64,000 bases of DNA, from NCBI RefSeq assembly GCF_964204645.1, contig NC_134033.1:6782231-6846230 (forward strand), in the 5' to 3' direction. This DNA comes from Tubulanus polymorphus (taxonomy: Eukaryota > Animalia > Nemertea). The translations under genes were made by a program, and so were the position numbers. Below are positions 12,773 to 25,309 of the stretch, piece by piece. Within the stretch, counting starts at the first letter, position 1. Each line of letters starts with the position of its first letter. The notes beneath the pieces were generated by a model, which saw only the letters and a list, made by a program, of their open reading frames with translations, made no database searches and was not told the DNA's origin.

Positions 12773-13028
12773 CATGGGCGTCCCTAGGGTGGGTTCGGTA
12801 GCCGAACCCCCTTTTTGAAATTTCAAACGTCGATGAACGTCAGCACATGGTCTGCATTTGCTAAATTTAGCAAAATAAAATCGATACATGCAAGTAAACG
12901 GGAACAAGTCTATCAATTGGCCTCAGATTGCACCAGAACGAGCCTGCTTGAAATTTTCAAAATTATCCCCAGATCCCCCTTCTATTCCTAAAAATGAACT
13001 CCCCCAAAAAATCCTGGGGACGCCCATG
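12773..13028. mobile_element. MITE
   Basis: TIRs CATGGGCGTCCC / GGGACGCCCATG, in an intron of the HECT gene. Confidence 0.65.
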
Positions 13029-13298
13029 AGGATATTCCAAAATAAATTGAAAATTAAAATATCAGGATACAAAATTGTGAATAAACTTTTCTTAAATATC
13101 TTTTATTTAGGATTATCATTGATACAAAATGGACCAGTTCCGAACATTTTTCACCCAGAGCTGGTAGAAAGATTATGCAATGGCCCTCAGGATGAGGCGG
13201 AAATTCAGCTGAAGGATGGCCTTGATGTATTTGGATTGATTAAGGTTAGTAAATCCTTCCAAGTACATGTAATACACGGTCACTTCATAACTTCATAC

Positions 13299-13742
13299 TG
13301 TCGTGCGACCTGGAGGGGGAAGCCCGAAATTGCTGTGGGAGAGCGCCGCTGTTCTTGTTCGTGACGTATGCACTTCCCCTCCTGTCCTGCACGGCGATAT
13401 AGAAACCAGAGACCAAACATAACCAACAACTAAACTCAGGTTGATAAAATGATGCAAGGGTTCTATTGCAGGAAACTTAAACAAATGACAACTGACAATA
13501 TCATATCACCCTTACCCCCCTTGTTGCGCTGCCTCTGCTCCGGTCGATGCCGCCAATGTTGCTCTCCCTCTCCGTTTTTCCCCGGGAGTACCGTGCATTT
13601 ATTCTAGAAATTTATCTTATCTAATTCCGGGTTTGAACATAAAGCTTTTAATTATTCTATAATTACTAACCAGCAGGAATTGTCCCACGAGCTTGAGAAA
13701 GTGATACGTAGTTAAATTGATTAAAATGCCTATGTCACAACA
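13299..13742. mobile_element. Probable solo LTR
   Basis: Termini TGTCGTG...CACAACA with 4-bp TSD ATAC (13295-98, 13743-46). Confidence 0.6.
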
Positions 13743-15758
13743 ATACACGGTCAACTTCATGATGACTATAGTACATCATCAGTGATTGCCTTGTTACATA
13801 TTCAACAGTTGATGAAAGTGAAGGATTGCATCAGGCACCTGCTTTATAAGCGGGAGGAGCTGCCAATGAAATTTAAAAAGCTACTGACCCTCATTAAACC
13901 GAAATTCTCAGAAGAGGGAAGTAACTTAAGAAGAGAGGAGGAAAGGGCTTACAAGCTCTACTGCCATTACTTAAAAGAGGTATCCGGTAAGTCCAATGCA
14001 TCCAGTTTTTGGTACTTACTTTTTGTTCGTGGTTGAGAGTTGGGTAGTGGGTTCTCTATCTGCTATCCATCAACTGCTTCAAATCGCCATTACTGTAAGA
14101 TGTTCAGATGCTCTATTGTAATTTTTTCTAGCTGGACGACGTAAACCAGGGAAAACTCTTCGCTTAGAAGATATCCTGAAGTTTGTTACCGGCTTAGAGC
14201 AGGAACCGTTGTTAGGGTACAGTATCAACCCATCGATCACTTTTATCGATTGAGTAACGATGCCTCAAACTAGCACATGCATTAATCGACTAATCCTGCC
14301 CCTAGAAATGAAGGACAAAGAACGTGCTTTCAATTTGTTTGATTATGCTTTCTGCAATGCGTATTTCGGTAAAACTTAATCGTGACCCTTTTGAGCCTAC
14401 TTGGACCTTTAGTCCAAGTGGGCGCGCTATTGCGTTCACTTTTCGTCAATAGAAGGAATCCAGTTATTTTGGGAAGTTTTTAATACGCTTCAATGGATTG
14501 TCTTAATATTTTAGTTATATGTGTATCTACCCTAGACACATCTTCAGCCCAAAAACTGGCCCAGTCAGAATCAAGATTACTGACAGTCATTAATATTCAG
14601 CAAATCAGCACTTTTTACACATTTTTGAAGTTGTTTCAACGTGTCTCCTTTAGGAAGGGATTTTTAAGGAATAACATAAGGTTTTTTCGATCAGTCAACT
14701 GTCACACAATCTGGGCCATATTAGTGTCATCAGTCCTCATTCATTGGTGGAAAACGGTTTTTTTTAGAAAAATATCAACAGGTGTTTAACTTAAAGTTTT
14801 GATATATTTGATAGTTGTTCTTTCTCGCCACCAGGGGAGTTGAATATTTGATTACATATAATTTGTCTATCTTTTTGTCTATCTTTTGGTATCGACGCAT
14901 ATTTTGAAAGCAAAATCAATTGCAAACTTGAAGAGCTCATGACTTTTTCTATGATTATGGAGAGTTTCAACATCAACCTTAGCGTTCAACTGTAGGTATG
15001 AATTCTTGTGCCTCTAGCTTCTACATGGAAATAGAAATTTGAAGTTTTAAGGTAAAGTCTTTGATACTCGATAATTGTTAGCACTATCATGGTATACGTC
15101 GCTTCACCTGTTCTCACCACAAGGGGGAGTTGAACTCAAAAGCAAAGTTGTAGATCATGGGACTTTCTATGATTGTGGTGGTTTTTAATGTAATTGGTTC
15201 TATGATAGTGGAAAGCTTCAAGATCATTGGTCTCTGTATATGTTCAACACTTTCCTACTTGGGTATGGTGTCTGTGGACTCCAACTTATAGATGTACATA
15301 TAGTTTAAGCATATATTTTGCATCCGTAGATGGACGATCGAGCCTTGAATAGCTGAGTATGAATAACTCAGGGCTGCTAAAACTTGTCTGACTTAGGCTA
15401 AGTCAGACTCATGAAGTCTACAATTTAAGCATTAGTAATTTCATTGCATAGAAAATTAGAAATAAAAACAACAATAAATCTGATTTAACACATCATATGA
15501 TTAAAGTTTTGTCAAGTGTTTTGACATTTATGTAAGAATCTTTTATATTTTGTGAAAAAAAAAGATTAATAAATTAATTAAAAATGATTGTTTGCATTTA
15601 TTACTTTTCTCTTAGGCCTATCAGTATTCTCATTTCAATTGCTTAAGATTTGTATTGAAAACCATTGTGTTAAAGATGTCACTTTGTAATAAAATTTCAA
15701 TTTAGATCACCGTACGTATGTTTATGTAGTTCTCCGCTAATTTTGGTTCGGAGATCTG

Positions 15759-16280
15759 CTATGTTATGTCATGAGCAGACAAACTTTGTACAAAGTATCT
15801 TGCCTTTAAATATAGCGAAATTCCCCATGTGTCATCATCCTCTTCTATGGTGTTAATAATTAACTTCAAGAGCCTTTCTTCATCAGCCGGTAAAACTATT
15901 GAATTACTTGGTACGATTATTACATTATCCATTTCTGGAATTGGTGCACCAGGATCAGTGCCATATTGTAAAGCATCTGCCTACAATTTAAAGTAAAAAA
16001 ATGGTTTAAGACTTAGTTAAAAAGAATGGCTGATAGATCTTAATGTTTTGGAGCTTGAGCAACATGACAACATTTATAGCCTTTTATAGTGAGTGCTGTC
16101 TTTGCTTTGATCAGACACTTGATGATTGCAGGGAATCTGAGGGTTTATTGTATATTTGAATGAAATTCACTAATTTTGTGCCAAAAAAGGAGTCTACTTA
16201 TATTACTCACTGTAGATAATTCTTCAAAATATTCTTTGGCAATCATGCCATTTTCTTCACATGCCACACTCTGCAAACCA
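15759..16280 (-). pseudogene. Last two exons of a probable integrase-like transposase (IS3EU-like)
   Basis: Exons 16280-16211 (GLQSVACEENGMIAKEYFEELST, donor GTGAGT) and 15980-15759 (ADALQYGTDPGAPIPE...IIVP...WGISLYL...*); resembles C-termini of invertebrate integrase-core proteins; cut by insertion at ~16279. Confidence 0.55.
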
Positions 16281-16614
16281 GGGGCGGATACAGGGGGTCG
16301 CTCCTGCGGCACGTGCGAGTCAAGTCATCATAAATGATGACTTGAATAGCATTGACTACCTACCACCGCTCATTATTGTTGCAAAACTAAACGTTCGGCA
16401 CTGACTAAAAATTAGTAATAACATTTTAGAAATGGCCAGAATTTTAACTTAGGTTCTATCGCATTTTTATTTTACAATTGCGATTGATATAATTTTTTTT
16501 TAACGGCCGTTAAGGCTTCATGTTTCGTCTGCAATTCACTGCAAATAGTTACGCAACCACGCACATTTCAGCGTTTTTGGCAGCTGTACACTCAATCGGC
16601 ACCGTTCGTCACTA
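16279..16614 (+). mobile_element. DNA-transposon end fragment containing dispersed repeat copy 2
   Basis: Starts CAGGGGCGGATACAGGGGG (MITE-type TIR); 16329-16614 matches 7639-7923. Confidence 0.6.
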
Positions 16615-16624
16615 GATGCTGTAC

Positions 16625-17354
16625 AAATATCAAATGTTTTAAGAAAATTTCTTTTGGATGATAAACTAAAACCAGAAAAAATACAATTTGATGATGGAAA
16701 AGAATTTGATAATTCACTTGTTCATGAACTCTCAGATAAACATAATATTAAATATTTTTCAACAAAATCGGATAAAAAAGCAGCAGTTGTTGAACGATTT
16801 AATAGAACATTAAGAACAAGAATGTGGAAATATTTTACAGCAAATAATACTTTTAAATGGATTGATGTTTTACCAAAATTGATAGATGGTTATAATAATT
16901 TTTATCATTCTTCTATTGGAATGAAACCTATTGATGCTAGAAAACCTGAAAATGCTGAAATTGTTTGGAATAATTTATATGGAACATTTCTTGTAAATGA
17001 TTTTGTTGAACCTTAATTCAAAGTTGGTCAAAATGTTAGAATCTCTAAGTATAAAAAGATATTTGACAAAGGATACGATCGTAATTTTACTAGAGAAATA
17101 TATAAAATAAAAAAGGTAATAACATCAAAACCATATGTCTATAAATTAGAAGATTTAGATGGTGAAGAAGTTGATGGGTATTTTTATGAAGAAGAATTAA
17201 GTTTAACTACTGAAAATCTAGAACAAGAATACGAAATTGAAAAAGTATTAAAAACAAATACTGTTAATAGAAAAAATATTCTTTAGTAAATTGGGTTGGA
17301 TGGCCAGATAAATTCAATGAATGGATATTATCGAGTAAAATTAAAAATATATAA
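16625..17354 (+). pseudogene. Polinton RVE integrase C-half with chromodomain
   Basis: IQFDDGKEF, VVERFNRTL, YHSSIGMKP, FKVGQNVRISK, GYFYEEEL, chromo-like WVGWPDKFNEWI; stop at 17016. Confidence 0.9.
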
Positions 17355-17915
17355 ATGAATAAGGAATTATTTATATTTGAGCCTCATAATATGTTAATTT
17401 CTGGTGTAACAAATCGTGGAAAAACTTATTTCATATTAAATTTATTAGAAACTATTTATAAAAACTTTTTTGATAATATATTATTATTTTGTCCAACATA
17501 TTAATTTAATCAAAGTTATGATAGAAATATAACTAGAAATAATAAATTCATTGTATTAAATCCTAAAACAGTTAAAGAAAATTTAGATAATTGTATTAAA
17601 ATAGCAATTGATATTTATAAAGGATCAAATACATTATTCATTATAGATGATTGTGCAAATTTACATGATTCAAAAATTAGAGAGAGTGAATTATATTATT
17701 TAGCTTTCTCTGGAAGACATTTTGGGATAACAACATGGGTTTCAAATCAAAAATATAATTCAATTGTTAAAGATTTTAGAGAAAACATTAGATTTTTAGA
17801 AAATGATATTATTCCACATGATTTACACAATGAATATATGGATAAATTGAAAAATAATATAAGATCAAAGTTACTATTTCGATTACAACACCCATTTAAA
17901 TATGAATTTATTTAA
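17355..17915 (+). pseudogene. Polinton packaging ATPase copy (disrupted)
   Basis: MNKELFIFEPHNMLISGVTNRGKT, IIDDCANLHD, SGRHFG; homologous to 26782-27351. Confidence 0.85.
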
Positions 17916-18102
17916 ACTCAACTAGCTTGTTAATCTAGTATATTTTTAGTTACATTCTAGTTAAATTTTAGTTATTGGTAGTTGAAATAAAAACAACAAT
18001 ATTTCAACTAGCTTGTTAATCTAGTATATTTTTAGTTACATTCTAGTTAAATTCTAGTTTAATTCTAGTTGCAACAACACAACTAATTTGTTTCTTACAT
18101 AA

Positions 18103-18633
18103 ATGGGTGGTGAAAAGAAAATAAAATCTAAAAGTTGTGTTGTTCCAATTGAAAAAACTTTGGATGATTTAGGTATAACAGAAACAAAATTAGCGTCAGA
18201 TAATAATGGTGCTTTAAATGATATTACTACAAACAATAATTATGAATATTATCTTGATTGCAAACATCAATTAGAAATATTAATAGCATCTGGGAAATGT
18301 AAAAGTTTTATTAGTAAAAATCTAACTTATAATGAATTAGATACAATGAAATCGGATAAAATTATTAAATTATTTAAGATTTATGAAACTGCGAGAATAG
18401 CTAGAATTAATGATGCGATATCAGAATATGTAGTAAAAGGTTATAGTAAATTATGTAATTATATGCTGCCAATTCAAGATAAAAATAGATTATATTCCGA
18501 TTTAAAAAATGATTATTTAGTTATGACTGAATTAAATAAATGGATGGGATATTCATCATTTCAATTAGGTGGATTTATGACGCTTTTATCAACTGGAGTT
18601 ATAACATTTTCAAATATTGAAAGTAATAAATGA
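18103..18633 (+). CDS. Polinton hypothetical protein A
   Basis: 176-aa ORF homologous to 24860-25309 (LYSDLKNDYLVMTEL). Confidence 0.75.
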   Translation: MGGEKKIKSKSCVVPIEKTLDDLGITETKLASDNNGALNDITTNNNYEYYLDCKHQLEILIASGKCKSFISKNLTYNELDTMKSDKIIKLFKIYETARIARINDAISEYVVKGYSKLCNYMLPIQDKNRLYSDLKNDYLVMTELNKWMGYSSFQLGGFMTLLSTGVITFSNIESNK

Positions 18634-19748
18634 GCGAAGTGGAAGAGGTGAAAGAATTAACTGTGAAGAAAAAACCGAGAACTCAGAAACAAATCTAATG
18701 GTCTCGGCAATTAGGAATTAAATCACAGGAATATAAAAAAGCTGAAAAAGAACAAATAAGTTATAAAAATGTCAATAAAAATGTTAATAAAAATGGTGAA
18801 AATATTGTTATTTCTACTCCTTCTAATAATAGAACATTTGATAAATATCTATATTTTGCAACTGGATTTGTAATTGTTTTCATTTTGATTGGGTGTAGTT
18901 GGTATAAGAAATCAAATAAAATTTACGATATTAATAATTCTGAAACTACCGCTATTAAAAATAAAAATACTTCTGAAATTCCAAAATTCACGATAAAAAA
19001 ACGAATTAATATTTTAGAAAAAAAGCAAAAGAAATAATTTTATTTTAATTAATTGAATATTTCACTACTTTTGTCTATCTACGCGAAGCAATTGAATTGT
19101 TCAGATAAGTCATTTCGGATTCTTGATATTTAATTTATTTTTTTTAATTTTTTTATTTCTTAATTATTTAGTCAACAACTTCTAAATCACGATGCCCGTC
19201 TTCATTTTTTCCCATGGTTAATTATTTTAAATCCTTCTAATTCTATTAATTCCTCTGTACTCAATAAAACCCATTCATCAGGTAAAAATACTTTAAATTC
19301 TCGCGTTGTAGTAACATTACAGTAGCTTAGATTTGCTGTTACTTTCTCTCCATATTTAGGTTTTATCTTTTCTAATTTAAATATTTTGTGTTCAATTTCT
19401 TTTGTAACATCGACTAACTTTTTTATTTCAAATTATTTTTGTTGGTTTTATTCTGTTATTTATTGTTGCTAAGAATGCTTTTCTATCTCCCATTTATTAT
19501 GGGGAAAAATTACTTGTGGTGATAAGTGGTGTGTCTTATCTCGTACTCTGGTATGAAACCCCACTTTTACAATTACTAACACAAAACGAAGAAAGAACAA
19601 CCTGCGGGATCAGTGTAAATTACATGTTTCTCAGTGACATCAGCGACACCAGTGTAATAATCTGACACTACACAGTTTGCCTGAAGTCTTCAGCCCGATC
19701 AGTCGACTTTTGTCTGGTGAGCATTCCGTTTGTCAGTCATATTTCTTT

Positions 19749-20940
19749 ACCAACTAGTGAGGTTGGGGTTCGGAAGTTTTATGATTTAGATTTTGCGCCA
19801 ACTAGTGAGGTTGGGCAGTAAAGAATTGCACCAACTAGTGAGGTTGGGCAGTTAAGATTTTGCGCCAACTAGTGAGGTTGGGCAGTTAAGATATATATAT
19901 ATATATACGTACAACTCCCCAATAATCGAACGGGTAGTATAATTCATATTCGAAGGAGGAAAGAGCATCGTATCGTCAATTAATACGCTTTATTCTTAAG
20001 TTAGATCATGGATTAGGGTTAGGGTTAGGTTTAGCTATGTGGAATCTTCCCAAATTGCGTAGTCAACTAGCATGCGTCGAATATCATATGTTTAAGGTTT
20101 TAGTTAGGTCCACATGTCATGTTAGGTGAAGGATAAGGGTTAGGGTAAGGTTTAGATTTAGGCATAATGAACATAAGACCTACTTTTTGGAATAATGAAA
20201 CTCACAAATTGCGCAGTTTTCTTAACTAGCATAAAACCTATAGCTATTATTTTATGTCTAAGGATTCAGTCATGTTTAGATAGTTGGTTTGATCAAGGAT
20301 TAGGGTTAGAGTGAGGTTTAGGCATAATAGGAGTGAGCATTTTATCTTGATACAACGGACCATCGGTCAAGTTAAGTCAAGTTAATTTAAAATGTTTAGT
20401 CTAATGCTTAGTTATATCACGCTGTCCACGATCTATTATAACACCAAAAATATCACTCATTCACTAAAATCAAAGTCGACTTTACACAGTAAGTTACACC
20501 CTGGCGATGTCCACGCTAAAATCAGTCTACTAAGACATTGTATGGTAGGCTAGGCCTACCACGTTGACGATGTCCACGCTGTCTACACTATCACAGTCGA
20601 TTACACTAATTCAAGGTCTACTAAAACTCAGTACAACGATTTGGTGGCGCTACTATGAAAAATAATTCAATTCAATTAAACTTTATTTACATGTTACAAA
20701 ATGAACATTCTCCATTTACATGATTTAAACTAATAAACATGCTCCTCTAGGACACCTAAACTGCAGTCATGCCCAGAAAAGATTTTGCGCCAACTAGTGA
20801 GGTTGGGCAGTGATGATTTTGCGCCAACTAGTGAGGTTGGGCAGTGAGATTTTGCGCCAGCTAGTGAGGTTGGGCAGAAAAGATTTTGCGCCAACTAGTG
20901 AGTTTGGGCAGTAAAGATTTGTGCCAACTAGTGATGTGGC
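19749..20940. repeat. Two clusters of ~31-33 bp repeat (19749-19892, 20783-20940) flanking an insert with degenerate TTAGGG runs
   Basis: Unit GATTTTGCGCCAACTAGTGAGGTTGGGCAGT; (AT)n at 19891; TTAGGG-like runs 20012-20322. Confidence 0.8.
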
Positions 20941-21184
20941 AAGCAATGGCTGAAGGGTTAATGGCTTGTGCTAGCTAAGTATGTGGCTAGCGAGGCCGGT
21001 TACATTTTTGGCTGGAATGTGTTACACGTAGTTTGGTTTTAGCATGTCATATTATTAACAGCGAATACTGCTCACAAATTCATACATTTTATTATTGTTA
21101 TTATTGAGATATCTCGGACCGCTACACTTGTATTATAGTAAGCTTTTATCATTGTTATCTGATCCACTGCATGTGATATGCACT

Positions 21185-21805
21185 AAATTTCTTGCCCTTG
21201 GATCTTTAGAGGTTTCTGCAGGTCTTTACCTCGGTTTTTTAACCCTTGTTTGGCTCAAGCGTTTGGGAATCTCCTCGTCGTTCTCAGGGTGACTCATACC
21301 ATAGTGGACTTTGTTCACGCGAGTTCGGCCTGGGGCTTCCCACCCCTGGTTATATTTTGTATTAATTGAGGCAATTTTCTGCTTTCATCTTTATTGCTTA
21401 TTTAATGTGGCTACCGGGGTGGGTTTCTGCCCCAGGTTGAACATGCACTGTGGTATATAGTCTACCATCAAGAAGCAGCTGCTCAAACTCGCAATTTTGT
21501 CAACCGGCAAATTTCTTGCCCTTGGATCTTTAAAGGTCTCTGCAGGTCTTTACCTCGGTTATTTAACCCGTGTTTGACTCGGGCGTTTGGGAATTTACTC
21601 GTCGTTCTCAGGGTGACTTATACCCTAGTGGACTTTGTTCACGCGAGTTCGGCCTGGGGCTTCCCAACCCTGGTTATATTTTGTATCAATAGACGCAATT
21701 TTCTGCATTTAGCTTTATTGCTTATTTAATTATTCTTGGCTACCGGGGTGGGTTTTTGTCCCAGGTTGAACATGCACTGTGGTAGTCTACCATCAAGAAG
21801 CAGCT
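21185..21805. repeat. Tandem duplication, ~325-bp period, 2 copies
   Basis: AAATTTCTTGCCCTTGGATC...AAGAAGCAGCT at 21185-21480 and 21510-21805. Confidence 0.85.
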
Positions 21806-22016
21806 TCCTGATTGTTTAGACCTGTGTTTGGATATCTATCGCTTACATACACAAGTCCCGTTCTCTCGTGACTTTGTAAGTTTAGGGAAGAGAGGTTTGC
21901 TGTTAAGCCTATACGCTTGTTTGGAAATATCTAGACGTCTTCCCATCCCTCTCTCTTTTTGTTGATGCGTTTTGGGAGAAGGAGAGAGGCATGAGAAAGG
22001 AAAAAGGATAGATATT

Positions 22017-22580
22017 AGTAATAGGGGTAATGGGCTTTCAAGCCAAAGGTCGAACGGTCGAGCTCATTAAAAAACAAAACATTAAAAGTAATTTAAAACT
22101 ATAATATATTTTCATAACCGTGTGCTTTTTATATTATAACTAAATATTTATTCTAAGATATTAATAATTTAAATTTTAAAAGCATATTGTATTAAATCAA
22201 TTGGTCGCTCCACTTCGCTACCGCTCCGCTCCGCGACCAATTGATTTATTTACAATACACAAATTCATATAATCAAATATATTTTAATAATAATAATTAT
22301 TCTATTATTCAACTGAAATACACACGGTTATGAAAATATATTATAGTTTTAAATTACTTTTAATGTTTTGTTTTTTAATTAACTTGACCATTCAACCTTT
22401 AACCTAAAAGCCCATTACCCCTATTACTCTTAAAATAATCATATACATGAATAACATTTAAATTGACAGATCATTCAATATAAAAGTATATATTTACAAC
22501 ATTATTTCAATATTCATATTTGTGTGAGTTAGATTTTTAAACATTAAAAGTGTTAGTAAAGTGTGATTGAAATAATGCAT
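22017..22580 (+). repeat. Left TIR including ~412-bp palindrome (22017-22428)
   Basis: AGTAATAGGGGTAATGGGC... pairs with ...GCCCATTACCCCTATTACT; apex TCAATTGGTCGC-24 nt-GCGACCAATTGA. Confidence 0.9.
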
Positions 22581-23309
22581 AGCTGTTTATACTAGAACAT
22601 GATTCTATTTGAGCCTATATACATTCCATGTAAAGAGCTATGGAATAAATCTATAAATTCACAGCTGTTACAGCTGTTTCTATGACGCCGAGACATATGA
22701 GACATATGCAAACGTGTAGAGAAAATTCTAGAAAGGTGTGCCGGAACCAGATGACGTGGCAGGAAATGAACAGGCGCTGTAACATTACGCTCAGGATATT
22801 ATATCTCTCGAAACGAAATTAGGAGTTTATAGTTTACAATTCTAAATCTAAATGTAAGTACTGTTTTTTGTAGTTATTAGGGCTATTAAATATGAAACCT
22901 TTAGATATATTTGAGTGTATTTAGTATATCTTTTAGATGGCTAGAGTTGCCGCTAATATCTTTTAGATTAATAAAACGCCATACGCATCAAGAAGTGATA
23001 GAGAAACTCAAGATACTCTTTCTGACTGAGGAATCAACAGCAATGGGGATATCGAACCAATAGAAATTAGCACAAGAAACACAAGAATCACCAAAAGATC
23101 GACGAAGAAACTATATAAGAATTTCAAAAACATTAAAACTCCAATGATTAAGTTTAACATTTGTTGATGTAGTTAAATATTTACCAGCAATTGAAAAAAT
23201 GTTTGTAATTATAAATTGTATTTATAGAAATCAAATGATGTATTGGAAGAAACGACTGAACAACTTGTATAATGTATTGTGTAAATCTGATTGGTGAATT
23301 TTTATGTTC

Positions 23310-23640
23310 AGTCGTTTCTATTATGATTAACGCATGCGCATTTAGCAAAACCGGCCATAAATGGCCGCATGTGACGCATGTAACGCATGTGACGAGGACA
23401 TGAATGCGTTTGAATTTTCTATGTTCAGTTGTTTCTATTTTACAGAATTTGCATAATGAATATATAATTATGATTAACGCATGCGCATTAAGCAAAACCG
23501 GCCATAAATGGCCGCATGTGACGCATGTAACGCATGTGTTGTTTCTATTTTACAGAATTTATAGAATGAATATATAATTATGATTAACACATGTGCATTA
23601 AGCAAAAGCGCGCCTGTATGTCCGCATGTGACGCGGGTAT
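23310..23640. repeat. Three imperfect direct repeats with internal dyads
   Basis: ATGATTAACGCATGCGCATTAAGCAAAACCGGCCATAAATGGCCGCATGTGACGC at ~23323, 23470, 23580. Confidence 0.8.
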
Positions 23641-23774
23641 TGTGACTGGTATGATTATCAAGGAATCGAAACAACTTATCAAAGCAGCGAGGAATGAAAA
23701 AGGATGACGTTGGTCGAAGAAATGGAAGAGGATTCTAAAATATTAACCAATTTAGTAAAAAATGCATATAATAA

Positions 23775-24453
23775 ATGGAACCAGAACTAACACAAATTAT
23801 CAATATTACAAATAACACTGGTGGTGTTATAAATATATATTACAAGAAGTGTTCTAAATGTGAATTAGATAAATTAGCTTTAACAGAATTTAGTAAGCGT
23901 AAGATTAGCAAAGATGGTTTTCAATATTGCTGTAAAACTTGTTTTAAACTATATACCAAACAATACCGAGAAGATAATATAGAACATTATAATTATTATA
24001 TGGCAGAATATATGAGAGAAAGATATCAAACAGATCTTAATTTTAGATTAAAACAATGTTTAAGATCTAGATTAACACAATTATTCAACAAAGAAACACA
24101 TTCAGAAACACTATCTAATTTATTGGGTTGTTCAGATGAATTTTTCATATCATGGATAATATATCAATTCGATGATAAAATGAATATAGATAACTATGGT
24201 GAATACTTTCATATTGATCATGTGTTGCCGATTTCTAAATTAAACATGAATGATGAATACAATAAAAAACTTATTTGGGGTTGGAAAAATTTAAGGCCTT
24301 TAGGAAAGAAAGAAAATCAAATCAAATCTAATATACTAGAATACAGTTATATTTAGAACAGTTAACAAAGGCAAAGAAATTTATTGATCAATGGAACAAT
24401 GATCCAAATAATGAACAATACGTTGAGGAATTTGATATCAAGGATCCGAAATG
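23775..24453 (+). CDS. HNH-type endonuclease with N-terminal CxxC-CxxC (NCLDV-like), probably frameshifted near C-terminus
   Basis: CSKC...KDG...CKTC, LRSRL, LLGCS, NYGEYFHIDHVLP, NLRPL...ENQIKSN. Confidence 0.75.
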
Positions 24454-24689
24454 ACTTAGCTGGACAGTTATAATTACTGCTCCTAATAGATAGACAATAG
24501 TAGTGAGATATCAAATAGAATTTAAAATAAAATGTAATAAAAAAACAATAACTTCAACTAGCCATTATTTCTATTTTAATTTTTGATATTTTCTTTTACA
24601 ATTTTTTTCAAAAGAGAATACTTTATATTTTAAATAGATTCAAATAGAAATTCTTTAAATTCAAATAGCTAGTATCAGTAGTCAATCTA

Positions 24690-25309
24690 AATAATCAGTC
24701 AATCAGTAAGAAATCTAAAAAGAATGGTATTGATATTGAAAAAACATTAGATGATTTGGGTATAAGTGATAATAAAGATACAGTTGTAACTAATTGTGCT
24801 CAAGTTAATTGTAATATAGATTATGAAACTATTTATATTGTAAGCATCATCTAGAACTATTGATTGCCGCTGGAAAAACTAAGGAGTTTTTAAATAGAAT
24901 CATTACTTTTCAAGAACTAGACTCTATGAAACCAGATGAAGTAATAAAATATTTTAAGATTTATGAAGAGGCAAGATTAGCTAGAATAAATGATTCTATT
25001 TCAGATGGTATTGTCAAATGTTATTCTAAGTTATGTAACCAGTTAATACCAATTGATGATGAAAATAAATTATATAGTGATTTGAAAAATGACTATTTAG
25101 TTATGACTGAATTACAAAAATGGGTTGGTTATGATTCATTTCAATTAGGATCGGTTATGACATTAATTTCTACTGGTGTCATAACATTTTCGAACATCAA
25201 GCATATGGAATATAAATCAGGCAAGAACGAAACAGATGACGCTGTACTACAACCAAACAGCGAAACAGAAAATGAATCAGAACAAAAATTAACTAAAATA
25301 AATGAGTGA
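24690..25309 (+). pseudogene. Polinton hypothetical protein A (5' disrupted)
   Basis: Homologous to 18103-18633 (IEKTLDDLGI, KHHLELLIA). Confidence 0.75.

Larger units (their letters stand above)
10037..14379 (+). pseudogene. Spliced G2E3-like HECT-domain E3 ligase pseudogene
   Basis: GT-AG exons: LGEKIISF; EFPKMEASGGIELL...YIRP...CRNC...HRKIC; VTFMGEESVDLDGPRKE (frameshift ~12650); LSLIQNGP; KFSEEGSNLR; last exon 14132-14379 LEDILKFVTG...PQTSTCINRL...YFGKT* with catalytic Cys and premature TGA at 14251. Confidence 0.8.
16620..19500. mobile_element. Polinton/Maverick fragment 1
   Basis: Integrase C-half, ATPase, two hypothetical genes and a minus-strand gene (19150-19493), all homologous to genes of the 22-40 kb element. 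Confidence 0.9.

Noticed and set aside
14251-14253. In-frame TGA in HECT as selenocysteine or readthrough
   Set aside because: The gene also has a frameshift near 12650 and no SECIS was seen; decay is simpler.
19749-20940. CRISPR-like palindromic ~31-bp repeats
   Set aside because: No unique spacers, no cas genes, eukaryotic context.
23640-24520. Group I intron around the HNH gene
   Set aside because: No interrupted host gene and no recognisable P7 core.
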